Below the pieces are notes generated by a model that saw only the letters and a list, made by a program, of their open reading frames with translations, was not told the origin of the DNA and searched no databases. Positions 19,829 to 29,200 of a stretch of DNA of 64,000 nt are shown here, in pieces. A program made the position numbers and the translations under genes. The stretch's first letter is position 1. Each line of letters begins with the position of its first letter. Location of the stretch: NCBI GenBank assembly GCA_963666345.1, contig OY762721.1, positions 128,001 through 192,000 of the forward strand, in the 5' to 3' direction. This stretch comes from Desulfatiglandales bacterium. GTDB lineage: Bacteria > Desulfobacterota > DSM-4660 > Desulfatiglandales > Desulfatiglandaceae.

Positions 19829-20827
19829 CTAAATAATATAATGGGCCAGAGCCTTATTCTTGATTCGATTTTTAAAGACCCCTATGACCCCCTCGGGAAA
19901 CATAACGATTATAAGGATGATTATGGGGGCAAAAACAAGCAATTGAAACCCGGGAATGAAAATAGACAGGTAGTATTTGGACACCCCGTATATAAGCCCT
20001 CCCATAACCGGACCGAGAAGAGTGCCCGCCCCCCCGAGCAGTACGATGATAATGGCTTCAATGGTATAGTGGATTTCAAAGACCTCAGGAGGAAATACAT
20101 AGGGAGTTTTCAATGCCCACGAAGAGGCCCCCAAGGCACCGGCAAAGCAGGCGCTTGTGATAAAGGCGATGATCTTGTATTTGGTAACATTGATCCCCAT
20201 TACCTTGGCCGCATCCTCATCCTCTCTCAGGGCGGTCAGCGCGTAACCGACCTTGTTTCGCATATAAATGAGGGTGACAAGTGCGGCCAGAGCTGCGATA
20301 ATCAACACAATTACGTCGGCCCAGAAGGTGGACAGGGCGCTTGCAGCCTCACGGCCGATGACTTGGTTAAGCTGGGCCATGAAGATGATCCCCTCTGATC
20401 CGTTCCAGATTCTTGCCCCTTCGATCAGAAAACGGAACCCTTCATTGACGCCTATGGTGGCAATGGCGAAATAGGCACCCCTTAGCCTGAGAGCGACCGC
20501 TCCAACTGCGATGGATAGAAGCGTGGCCATAACAAGGGCCAGCAGAAAGCCGAGAACGATAGTGCCCCCTCCAAGCTCCCAATTGATAAAGCGGGTAATG
20601 CCCAGTGCCATACCATAGGTGCCCACCCCGAGAAAGGCCACATACCCGAAATCGACATAGCCTGTCAGGCCCATAAATATGTTGAATGCCTGGCCAAGGC
20701 AGCAGTAAAAGAGGAGCATTGCCACCAGCTGCCACATGCCGGGAACCGTCCGACCGATAATAAACAAGATGCCATAGGCCGCAAAAACGGGTAATACCGG
20801 GATATATTTCGATATTTTTGAATTCAT
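19829..20827 (-). CDS. livM: Liv-type ABC transporter permease
   Basis: GLTGYVDFG, LRLRGAYFAIAT, ALREDEDAA. Confidence 0.9.
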   Translation of the reverse strand: MNSKISKYIPVLPVFAAYGILFIIGRTVPGMWQLVAMLLFYCCLGQAFNIFMGLTGYVDFGYVAFLGVGTYGMALGITRFINWELGGGTIVLGFLLALVMATLLSIAVGAVALRLRGAYFAIATIGVNEGFRFLIEGARIWNGSEGIIFMAQLNQVIGREAASALSTFWADVIVLIIAALAALVTLIYMRNKVGYALTALREDEDAAKVMGINVTKYKIIAFITSACFAGALGASSWALKTPYVFPPEVFEIHYTIEAIIIVLLGGAGTLLGPVMGGLIYGVSKYYLSIFIPGFQLLVFAPIIILIIVMFPEGVIGVFKNRIKNKALAHYII

Positions 20828-21711
20828 TTTGCTTTCAGTAGTCCGGTTGGTTTAATCAGAAGTATGACCAGGAGTATTACAAATGATAGAAACCTGGTCA
20901 TGGCGAAAGGTTCCACACCCTCCATCGTTGCAAAGAGGGTATAGGAACCATTTTCAATAAGACCAAACACAAGCCCCCCGAAAAAGGCACCGTAGGGGGA
21001 TGACAATCCCCCAAGGACGGCTATGACAAACGCCTTGAGAGTGTATCCCCCTCCCATATACGGATTTATTCCCACAGGTATGAACATGGTCAGCAGGACA
21101 CCGCTGGCCACTGTCAAACCGATACCCATTGCAAAACTCATCGCATATGCGCCGTCTACGTTGACACCGCAGACCCTTGCCCCTTCGCTGTCTTCTACCA
21201 CGCTTCTAATAGCTGACCCCATGCGGGTTCTCTTGAACCAGAGAAACAAAAAAAGCGCAATTAGACCGCTTCCCACGGCAGCGTAGATTTTAGTCATCGG
21301 TAACACGGTTATTCCGATATCCATCTTTCCCACCACCCAGTTGTATCCCCTGAATTCTGAACCGAAAATGAGCTTGACTAATTCCTGAAGCAGGACGCCG
21401 ATTGAAAAAGTGGCCAAGAGCGTTGCAAGTTCTGGTCCTTTCAGAAGCCTTTTAACAGCGGTGTAATAAAAGAAAAACCCCAGCGCCATTCCAACGGCAA
21501 AGGCTATAGGTAGGGCGAGTATGGGATTTATTCCAAGGGCATTAAAGACCCAGAGAGTAGTGAAGGCGCCCACCATTATAAAGGCACCGTGACCTACATT
21601 TACGACCTTTAGTACACCGAAAATAAGGCTGAGGCCCATGGTGGCCATGCCGTAAACCGCACCCAGTACCAACCCCTGGATGAGATTACCCATTAGCTGT
21701 TCCCAGACCAT
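20824..21711 (-). CDS. livH: Liv-type ABC transporter permease
   Basis: GLSLIFGVLKVVNVGHG, KAFVIAVLGG, KPTGL. Confidence 0.9.
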   Translation of the reverse strand: MVWEQLMGNLIQGLVLGAVYGMATMGLSLIFGVLKVVNVGHGAFIMVGAFTTLWVFNALGINPILALPIAFAVGMALGFFFYYTAVKRLLKGPELATLLATFSIGVLLQELVKLIFGSEFRGYNWVVGKMDIGITVLPMTKIYAAVGSGLIALFLFLWFKRTRMGSAIRSVVEDSEGARVCGVNVDGAYAMSFAMGIGLTVASGVLLTMFIPVGINPYMGGGYTLKAFVIAVLGGLSSPYGAFFGGLVFGLIENGSYTLFATMEGVEPFAMTRFLSFVILLVILLIKPTGLLKAK

Positions 21712-21810
21712 TTACATTATCCCTTTTCTAAAAGAGCGGCAAATCCCGGACGCATATTCCTGCGGGCGGTTTCCACAGCCTAAGCCGGCCCACGCTCTTT
21801 ATCGGTTTAT

Positions 21811-21840
21811 GCCCTTTCCGGCAAATATACCGGGAAGGGC
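21811..21840 (-). other. Intercistronic GC-rich hairpin after the binding-protein gene (mRNA stabiliser or partial terminator)
   Basis: GCCCUUCCCGGUA/UGCCGGAAAGGGC stem; a second stem (AAAGAGCG/CGCUCUUU, 21731-21800) follows. Confidence 0.55.
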
Positions 21841-21858
21841 GGTTGTCGGTTTGTTATT

Positions 21859-23139
21859 TCAAGGCACGGCCATTTTCCCCTCCACCTTTTCCGCAAAGGT
21901 CGGCATGGGGTAACAGAACTTTCCAGTCTGAGCGGATTCCGGCCACACTATCACACGCTTAGCCCTCTGCCACTGCACGTCAACCATGGAGTGGCCCACC
22001 TGCATTCCGGTATCATCCACATCCCATCCGCCGTAAAAGCTCATAAAGGTAAGATTCCCCAGGGCCTTGCGGACCTTGACCGGTTCAAGCGAGGCTGCAT
22101 TTTCCACCCCAAGTACATATGCCAGCACCTGTGCTCCTGCCTCGGCCGCATGATAGTCTGGTATGATATCTTTACCTGCTTCCTTTTTAAACAGGGCAAC
22201 AAATTCATCCTGGCTCGGCCCGATCCATTTCATAGCCAGCTCTTTGGCTCCTGCCTCTGAATATTTGACGCCATATTCCCAGTGAGAAGGTCCCATGACT
22301 CCTTCGGCCATTGTTGTAAGTGCATCGTAGAATGCGGGAAGGGTTGCCGCTGCTATCAGTGACAGGGCATTGGTATTTATGTCAAGATCAGCCATCTGGC
22401 GATTGAAAAGCTGACCGTCTTCAAAATGTCCGCCTCCCAGGATGAAATCGGGCGCTGCGGATTTCAGAGCGGAGAGCAGGGGAGTCAAATCTGTGACTCC
22501 CTTCGGATAAGTCCGCTTGAAAACAATATTGAACCCAAGCTCTTTGGCATGGGTTTCCGCACCCTGCATCACCATTTTGGCAAATTCGGAATCCTCATAG
22601 GCCAGAGCAACCTTTTTGGCGTCGGGGTCTATCTTCTTGATCATGTCAAGGGTTCCGCGATGATAGTTTGTGGCAGGGCCTATGGTCTGAACTATATACT
22701 GGAAGCCCTGACGAAAAATCTTGTTATTGGCACCCCCGTGATCCATGTAAAGCATCTTCAGGCTCTCGGTTACCGGTGCGCCCCTTAGGGTCAGTCCGGA
22801 GCTGTAGGGCGAAAAAACTACGTCAACCTTGTCCACGGTAATTAGGCGCCCGATCAGACTCGTGACCGATTCCTTGTTGGATTCGCAGTCATAATATTTG
22901 TATTCCAGAGGGAACCACTTTCCTTTTAATTTAACGCCACCGTAGGTATCGTTTACCCATTTGATGCAGGCCTTTATTCCTCCAACCGCCTGTTCTCCGG
23001 CCTTGGCGTACTTACCTGACAGACAAGCAGGATGGCCTATTACTATCGCGTCTCCCCCTTCTGCGGGAGGTACGATAGGAGCGGCCATTATCAGAAAAAA
23101 TAAGACTGCGATAAATACACTCGGGATTTTTTCCTTCAT
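21859..23139 (-). CDS. Liv-family ABC substrate-binding protein
   Basis: ATG 23139 after GGAGG; signal peptide; LSGKYA, SPYSSG, PDYHAA motifs. Confidence 0.9.
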   Translation of the reverse strand: MKEKIPSVFIAVLFFLIMAAPIVPPAEGGDAIVIGHPACLSGKYAKAGEQAVGGIKACIKWVNDTYGGVKLKGKWFPLEYKYYDCESNKESVTSLIGRLITVDKVDVVFSPYSSGLTLRGAPVTESLKMLYMDHGGANNKIFRQGFQYIVQTIGPATNYHRGTLDMIKKIDPDAKKVALAYEDSEFAKMVMQGAETHAKELGFNIVFKRTYPKGVTDLTPLLSALKSAAPDFILGGGHFEDGQLFNRQMADLDINTNALSLIAAATLPAFYDALTTMAEGVMGPSHWEYGVKYSEAGAKELAMKWIGPSQDEFVALFKKEAGKDIIPDYHAAEAGAQVLAYVLGVENAASLEPVKVRKALGNLTFMSFYGGWDVDDTGMQVGHSMVDVQWQRAKRVIVWPESAQTGKFCYPMPTFAEKVEGKMAVP

Positions 23140-23776
23140 GGCATACCTCCGTTTTGTTTGGGATTTTAGGGTAAAGTTCTTCTGTACAACTCTCTTGCAT
23201 GTATAGGCAGACAGGCGCAAAGCCGGTTATGGATCATCGCTTTCATTGCCGATCAATCAGAAGAGACAGCTACACAAAGAACCATTGGATTAACAGTCCA
23301 AATTACCTAAGACGAAATCAATAAGGTTGGTGATTATATTTTTTTACTTAAAAAAAGGCATAAACAGCAACGTAGCAGGCACCGGAGAGCGGGATTTAAT
23401 GGTTGGGAGATCCTTCTGGAAGAAATAGTTGCCGTTTTTCACCCTGTAAAACTACAAAGGCCTTCAGGGTGGTAATTGATTGTTTAGTGGGAAATGAATT
23501 ACAAAAAGACCCGGCCTTAGAAAAATTCGATTAAATCTGCAGCCCTTTTGTGTCTTGTCGGTATTGTTCTTAAATAGGAGCATCTCGCAGGTTCATAATT
23601 GACAGGTATAGATACTTACCAAAAATAGTTTTTTACTGTCAAGGATAAATATTTTTTTAAGCTGATTTATTCCTCTTTGCCTGAACACCCTGTAACTTGC
23701 CTTTTAAGTCCCTGCATAGCAACCTTACCTCTTTCAAGAGTTAAAAGACAAGCCCTCTCTCCCGGATATTTTTTAA

Positions 23777-24955
23777 TCAAGGATAGCCAAGCAGATGTTT
23801 TGCCGTGGCAAGAGATCCCGGCCATACGATTTCAAAATTGCCGTCAATCCACTGACAAAGAAGAGGCGCCAACCGGTTCTGCTGAGACTTCCCGCCGTAT
23901 GAGACAAAACTGACAGGCCCCAGCGGGGTCATCATGTCTGTTTCATAAAGTGCTTCCCTGACGGCCTCGGTGCTCAAAATGTCCGACCTTTTTATCGCAT
24001 CGGCAATCACTAATATCCCTGAAAAGGCCTGTACACCATGATAGTCAGGTTCAAAAAAGAACCTTTTTTTGAAATTCATATAATAATTCATGGCCCCCTC
24101 GTAGGGTACCGAAGGCGTCCAAGGAACCGGTACAAAAATATGCTCTTCTTCGAGGCCGGTGCTTGCTATAAATTCGGAAGAACCGAATCCTTTCCGATTT
24201 CCTAGAAGCATCTTCAGGCTCACACCTGCAGCTCTTATTTGCCTTATTGCGGCAGTAGCTGAACCGGAACCGGAGATTATATAAAGCAAATCAGGTGATT
24301 TTGCCTCGATTTCAGAGAAAAGCCGTGGTAAACCGGTGATGTCCCCTTTAAAAGACCTTTTGATTGCTATGTAGATGTTTTCCCTCCTACAGAGGCTGAA
24401 AAATCTTCTACTCTCATATCGCCCATAAGATGTATCCTCATGAATCACTGCTGCTGATTTTATCCCGGCTTTTCTTTTGAGAAAACCTTTAAGGGAGTCG
24501 CCGTATTCGCTTGAAGGAGTGCACAACCTGAAAACATAACTTGAATCATTCTCGGTCAATTCGTCCGCCGAGGCGCTTGTAATAAGAAAAGGGACTTTAT
24601 TTTCCTGGCAGATTGCTGCGCTGATATTTGCAACAGAGCTGGAGCAGCATCCAGCAACCAAAAGCACCTTATCCCTTGTTATGAGCTTCTTAAGCGCCGG
24701 CCTTGCGATATCAGGGTCACTTCCCGTATCCTCTAGAATAGGGGATAACCTTCGGCCCTTTATACCGCCTTCCTTGTTTATCGTTTCGACTGCCATGAGA
24801 AAGGACTTCGCCTCCACATCCCCTATGTCTGAAAGTTTGCCTGAAAGGGGCAGCAAAAGGCCAATCCTGATGCCCTGAGCAGGTGCGGCTATCGGTAATG
24901 CAACCAAAAGAAGTAAAACGACAAGGCCGGTGAACAATATAAGCGCCCGTTTCAT
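23777..24955 (-). CDS. Second Liv-family ABC substrate-binding protein
   Basis: Signal peptide; RIGLLLPLSG, INKEGGIKGR, PDYHG, TPLGPVSF. Confidence 0.88.
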   Translation of the reverse strand: MKRALILFTGLVVLLLLVALPIAAPAQGIRIGLLLPLSGKLSDIGDVEAKSFLMAVETINKEGGIKGRRLSPILEDTGSDPDIARPALKKLITRDKVLLVAGCCSSSVANISAAICQENKVPFLITSASADELTENDSSYVFRLCTPSSEYGDSLKGFLKRKAGIKSAAVIHEDTSYGRYESRRFFSLCRRENIYIAIKRSFKGDITGLPRLFSEIEAKSPDLLYIISGSGSATAAIRQIRAAGVSLKMLLGNRKGFGSSEFIASTGLEEEHIFVPVPWTPSVPYEGAMNYYMNFKKRFFFEPDYHGVQAFSGILVIADAIKRSDILSTEAVREALYETDMMTPLGPVSFVSYGGKSQQNRLAPLLCQWIDGNFEIVWPGSLATAKHLLGYP

Positions 24956-25084
24956 CCTGATTTATATCTCCTGAAAATATAGATAATTCCGATAAGACAT
25001 AATACCCTTTTACCTCACGAAATAAAGGAAAAAGTAACTATCGGGCTGTCTATACTGTCTAAATAAACAGTTTAAAGCCCTGCA

Positions 25085-25222
25085 TGAAACTCAAACGCCG
25101 CTTTCTCCAGGACCGGAATGATGAGGACAAAATAAGGGAGCAGGGCGCGTATTACCTTTCTTGCCTTTTACTCATTTTGTTCACCTTCCTGATCCATTAA
25201 GACAGCGGCATCCTTTGGTTCA
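25085..25222. ncRNA. Candidate rod-shaped structured RNA (long imperfect inverted repeat)
   Basis: Nested complementary blocks TGAA/TTCA, CAAA/TTTG, GCCGCT/AGCGGC, GGA/TCC, GGAA/TTCC, ACAAAAT/ATTTTGT. Confidence 0.3.
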
Positions 25223-25488
25223 CTGAAAAAAAGAGGATTTTCAGGATGAAACAATCAGGCAAGGCTTTCCCGGGGCTGTGTAACGTAAAGTAAAATGGTA
25301 ACCGTGCCGTGCCTGGCGCAATAAGGTCTGAAAGTCGGCACACTCGGTTACCGCAAAGAAACAGGGGAGTAAAAATCAAAATCCGGCTTTTATGGCAGAG
25401 CTATTATAAGATTTACAACAGGTTGAAAGACCTGTTATTGTAAATCCCCTGTGAGACAGGCACAAAAAAGAAAAAAGGAAAGACAGAG

Positions 25489-26469
25489 ATGAAAATATCG
25501 GCACATATCAACATCAAACCGCTTAATATAGACCTGGACCGGATAGCAGTGGAATACGGCCCTTTTTCTATGAGCTTCAATTTCGAACTTGAGAAACTCA
25601 TACGATCCATAGGAGTAAACGGCATCATAAATACACCCTTACTTTTTGATGAGGCGGGAGAAAAATTAACAATAATATCTGGTTTCCGACGTATAAAAGC
25701 AGCAGAATCAATGGGAATGACTCATTTGGAATGCAGGGTGCTTACCCCGGATAATATAACCCCGCAGGAATGCCTGGCATTAAATTTCTTTGAAAACATC
25801 TCAACCAGACAGTTTAATGACATCGAAAAGGCCATGGCAATAAACAGGCTTTCAGCACATCTTAAAAATGATGAGGTAAAAGACGAATATCTTCCGCTCC
25901 TTGGCATTTCACCAAGCAAGAGGAATCTCGAACTTTACAAAAAAATTGATTCGGATCTTAGAGACGAAATAAGAATGCAACTGGCAAAGGGCAAGATACC
26001 TATCAAGGTTATCAGGGAAATGCTCGAAATGGACAATGAGACAAGGGAAGAACTCTTTAAGATCATAATTGGTTTCGGCCTTAACAATAACCAGCAGAGA
26101 AATCTTATTGATTTTACAAGAGATTTAGCATCCATAAAGGGCATCTCCCTCAGGGATGTAATAGGCCGGGTGGCAGGTGAAGACATCGGGTGTGAACATG
26201 CAAATCTGCCTCAAAGGGCAAGGTCGCTAATGAAAAAATTGAAGGGCCTGCGATATCCTAAACTGAGTGAGTCTGAGGCAAGATTTTCACGACAGATCAA
26301 AAGGCTGGAACTGCCGAAAGAGGTACGGATAGGTGCCTCCCCCTTTTTTGAAGAACCTTATTATCATCTCGAGATAATGTTTAAAGATGGTATTGAATTA
26401 ACAAGACAACTTAAGGTGATTTATGACGCCGAGGGGATAGAGAACCTCGGTGATCCCTGGTTAGAGTAA
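25489..26469 (+). CDS. ParB N-terminal (ParB/Srx fold) domain protein
   Basis: 'SIGVNGIINTP...IISGFRR' ParB box; 'ENISTRQFNDIEKA'; helical C-terminal half. Confidence 0.8.
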   Translation: MKISAHINIKPLNIDLDRIAVEYGPFSMSFNFELEKLIRSIGVNGIINTPLLFDEAGEKLTIISGFRRIKAAESMGMTHLECRVLTPDNITPQECLALNFFENISTRQFNDIEKAMAINRLSAHLKNDEVKDEYLPLLGISPSKRNLELYKKIDSDLRDEIRMQLAKGKIPIKVIREMLEMDNETREELFKIIIGFGLNNNQQRNLIDFTRDLASIKGISLRDVIGRVAGEDIGCEHANLPQRARSLMKKLKGLRYPKLSESEARFSRQIKRLELPKEVRIGASPFFEEPYYHLEIMFKDGIELTRQLKVIYDAEGIENLGDPWLE

Positions 26470-26473
26470 TGAC

Positions 26474-27568
26474 ATGGCGAAAAAGGTAATAAAAAGGGTC
26501 CTTGTTGAAGACGGAACAAGACATCATGAAATGACCGGACGGATTCTCGGCCAGGTCGAGGGGCTGAACATCCTGGATATCGGCCGGGATGAGGCGACTT
26601 TCGATATGGAGCATGGCTGCAAAATGGGAAAAGACACCATGCATCTCCTTTCCTACAGGGGGGAGTTTTTAAAGCCTTGTCCAGGCACAAAAAATTACAT
26701 ATGCTGCGGTTATCAAATACTGAATGTAGCCACAAACTGTCCGATTGACTGCAGTTACTGCATCCTTCAGTCCTATTTTAACCAGCCCAACCTCAGGGTA
26801 TTTGTGAATCTGGAAGAGGAGCTTGAAGGGGTTTTAGCATTTATTGACAGCAACCCTCAAAAAATCTTCAGGGTTGGCACAGGGGAGTTCACAGACAGCC
26901 TTGCGATCGATTCCATTACTGGATGGAGCGACCTTCTCATCCCCTCATTCTCCAAAAGAAAGAACGCCGTTTTAGAGCTGAAGACCAAGACAACCGAGAT
27001 AAGGGACGTGCTTGATTCGCCGTTCAGGGACCGAATAATTATATCATGGTCCCTTAACAGTCCATTTATAACCTCAAGAGAAGAACACAGGGCCTCAGGT
27101 CTTAAGCAGCGGCTGAAGGCCGCACAAATATGCCAGCAGGACGGTTATGTGGTTGGATTTCATTTTGACCCTCTGATAGTCCATCCCGGATGGAAAAACG
27201 GATATCTGAGGACCATTGAGATGATGGAAAAATATCTGGATCCCGAGCGCATAATCTGGATAAGCCTCGGCTCTATGCGATACATACCATCACTTAAGGA
27301 GATAATAAGAAAGAGGCATCCCGGAACCTGCATACTTGATGGAGAATTCGTCCAGGGGCTTGATGGAAAGATGCGTTATTTCAAACCCATAAGGATGGAA
27401 TTATACAGATTCATGAGGGAAAATCTTGAAAAATGGCACCCCCGGCTGGGTCTCTATCTCTGCATGGAATCTGATGAGATATGGAGCAGAACCATGGGAT
27501 GGTCGCCGACAGATTCAGACGGACTTAAGGCTTTTCTTGACGGAAGAGTAATGGAAATTTTCGGATAG
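26474..27568 (+). CDS. Spore photoproduct lyase-like radical SAM protein
   Basis: CPIDCSYC (CxxxCxxC), GEFTDSL, ELKTK, SWSLN, GFHFDP, LYLCME motifs typical of SplB-like proteins. Confidence 0.85.
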   Translation: MAKKVIKRVLVEDGTRHHEMTGRILGQVEGLNILDIGRDEATFDMEHGCKMGKDTMHLLSYRGEFLKPCPGTKNYICCGYQILNVATNCPIDCSYCILQSYFNQPNLRVFVNLEEELEGVLAFIDSNPQKIFRVGTGEFTDSLAIDSITGWSDLLIPSFSKRKNAVLELKTKTTEIRDVLDSPFRDRIIISWSLNSPFITSREEHRASGLKQRLKAAQICQQDGYVVGFHFDPLIVHPGWKNGYLRTIEMMEKYLDPERIIWISLGSMRYIPSLKEIIRKRHPGTCILDGEFVQGLDGKMRYFKPIRMELYRFMRENLEKWHPRLGLYLCMESDEIWSRTMGWSPTDSDGLKAFLDGRVMEIFG

Positions 27569-27626
27569 AATTTAAGGACGGTCCGTGCTATTTGATGTTA
27601 ATCAAATAAATATTTGGGAGGTTGAT

Positions 27627-27854
27627 ATGACATTAAAGGAAAAAGTTCAGGATGCATTAGCTAAGATCAGGCCTTCTCTTCAGGCCGACGGAGGGGATGT
27701 GGAGTTAGTAGATATTGGAGATGACGGCGTGGTAAAGGTTCAGCTGACAGGTGCCTGTAAGGGGTGCCCAATGTCTCAGATGACCCTGAAAATGGGGATT
27801 GAGAAGATTCTTAAACAGAACATCCCTGAAGTAAAAAGCGTCGAGTCTGTATAG
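27627..27854 (+). CDS. Nfu/NifU C-terminal-type Fe-S carrier protein
   Basis: RPSLQADGGDVEL...GACKGCPMS; ATG 27627 after GGGAGG. Confidence 0.92.
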   Translation: MTLKEKVQDALAKIRPSLQADGGDVELVDIGDDGVVKVQLTGACKGCPMSQMTLKMGIEKILKQNIPEVKSVESV

Positions 27855-27962
27855 CTCTGTTTTTTTTAAATCCTTGATAAGATACTTTTCCTTTCTTGCA
27901 TGTGCTCTTTTTTTATTTTGCTATTTAAAATATGCGTTTAATGTGAAAAAAAAGGGGGGATC

Positions 27963-28826
27963 ATGGAAATAAAAAAGGTAGGCGTTGTCGGTGCCGGTAC
28001 TATGGGAAGCGGAATTGCGCAGATCGCTGCACAGATAGGCTGCCAGGTTGTGATGAGGGATATAGAGTCTTCTTTTGTCGACCGGGGTATCGCAGGCATT
28101 GAGAAATTTTTATCAAAAGGCATTGAAAAGGGAAAGCTGGATAGTGTTGAAAAGGATAAGATACTTGGAAGAATAACAGGAACGACTGACATGTCGATGC
28201 TTGAGGATGTCGATCTGGCGATAGAAGTGGTCATTGAGGACCTGGCGCTCAAAAAAAAGGTATTCAAGGAGCTTGACGACCTTTGCAGATCAGAGGTGAT
28301 AATCGCATCCAATACTTCATCCATGTCCATTACCGAAATCGCTGCAGCCACCAAACGCCCTGATAAGGTATGTGGAATGCATTTTTTCAATCCCGTACCG
28401 CTCATGAAACTGGTTGAAATTATCCGGGGACATGAAACAAGCGATGAGACCGTTGATAGTGCAACCGGCCTTGCCCGAAAAATGGGCAAAATAACGGTTG
28501 AAGTAAAAAAGGATTCACCAGGTTTCATCGTAAACAGGATTATGATTCCCCACATGCTGGAAGCGATAAAGATAGTGGAAGAGGGTATCGCCACAATAGA
28601 GGATGTTGATACTGCGGTGAAAAACGGACTCAATTATCCGATGGGGCCCTTTGAGCTGATGGACCTTACAGGTATAGATATCGCATACTTTGTTACTGAA
28701 TATTTCTATAAGGAACTGAACAAGGAGTCCAAATGGGTTTCGCCTAATCTGCTCAAGACCATGATCAGGGCAGGAAAGCTGGGAAGGAAGACAGGCGGCG
28801 GATGGTATGATTTCGGAAACCGGTGA
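27963..28826 (+). CDS. hbd: 3-hydroxybutyryl-CoA / 3-hydroxyacyl-CoA dehydrogenase
   Basis: GAGTMGSG, SNTSS, GMHFFNP, PGFIVNR, YPMGP. Confidence 0.92.
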   Translation: MEIKKVGVVGAGTMGSGIAQIAAQIGCQVVMRDIESSFVDRGIAGIEKFLSKGIEKGKLDSVEKDKILGRITGTTDMSMLEDVDLAIEVVIEDLALKKKVFKELDDLCRSEVIIASNTSSMSITEIAAATKRPDKVCGMHFFNPVPLMKLVEIIRGHETSDETVDSATGLARKMGKITVEVKKDSPGFIVNRIMIPHMLEAIKIVEEGIATIEDVDTAVKNGLNYPMGPFELMDLTGIDIAYFVTEYFYKELNKESKWVSPNLLKTMIRAGKLGRKTGGGWYDFGNR

Positions 28827-28860
28827 GAGACTCTTTCCGCACAGCTCTAATGAGACAAAT

Positions 28861-28897
28861 AAAATGAGGCAGTTTCATATGAGACTGCCTCATTTTT
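28861..28897. terminator. Bidirectional intrinsic terminator
   Basis: AAAATGAGGCAGT...ACTGCCTCATTTT inverted repeat between convergent genes. Confidence 0.85.
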
Positions 28898-28927
28898 ATA
28901 TATGGAACCTTTTGATATAAAGGAAGG

Positions 28928-29017
28928 CTACTTGTTCTTATGGCGCATCTTTTTTTTGAGTTTTCGGTGTTTGTGCTTTGTGATTTTTTTCCTGCGCTTT
29001 TTTACTACGCTTCCCAT
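28928..29017 (-). CDS. 29-aa basic protein, bS22/mS38 (AURKAIP1/COX24, DUF1713)-like small ribosomal protein
   Basis: MGSVVKKRRKKITKHKHRKLKKKMRHKNK; GGAGG RBS; below the ORF-track cutoff. Confidence 0.85.
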   Translation of the reverse strand: MGSVVKKRRKKITKHKHRKLKKKMRHKNK

Positions 29018-29200
29018 TCAATATGACCTCCATGTATTTGTTAGCGATATCTCTAGCATTTCAGCAGAAGGAGTGTCAACAAGTATTTTGATCGGTAAGA
29101 AGAGGAAATGCCCTCCACGGGCGGCAAGGGCAGGCGATAAATCTGAGGTTTTCGTAGACAGGCATATTAGTTTACATAATATATCTTATCAGACGTTACC

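Noticed and set aside
19173..20398. Long antisense ORFs (e.g. 219 aa, 185 aa; also 27938-28633 and 51539-52129)
   Set aside because: They are shadows of well-supported genes on the opposite strand.
23221..23776. Long spacer upstream of the Liv operon as a riboswitch or sigma54 promoter
   Set aside because: No T-box or glycine riboswitch motif and no TGGCAC-N5-TTGC site was found.
25250..25355. Possible c-di-GMP-I riboswitch (GGCAA...ACGTAAAG...GGTTACCG)
   Set aside because: The P2 GNRA hairpin and P3 receptor cannot be built; only scattered words match.
27627..27854. Nfu as a selenoprotein
   Set aside because: Both CxxC positions are Cys codons (TGT, TGC), and the stop is TAG.
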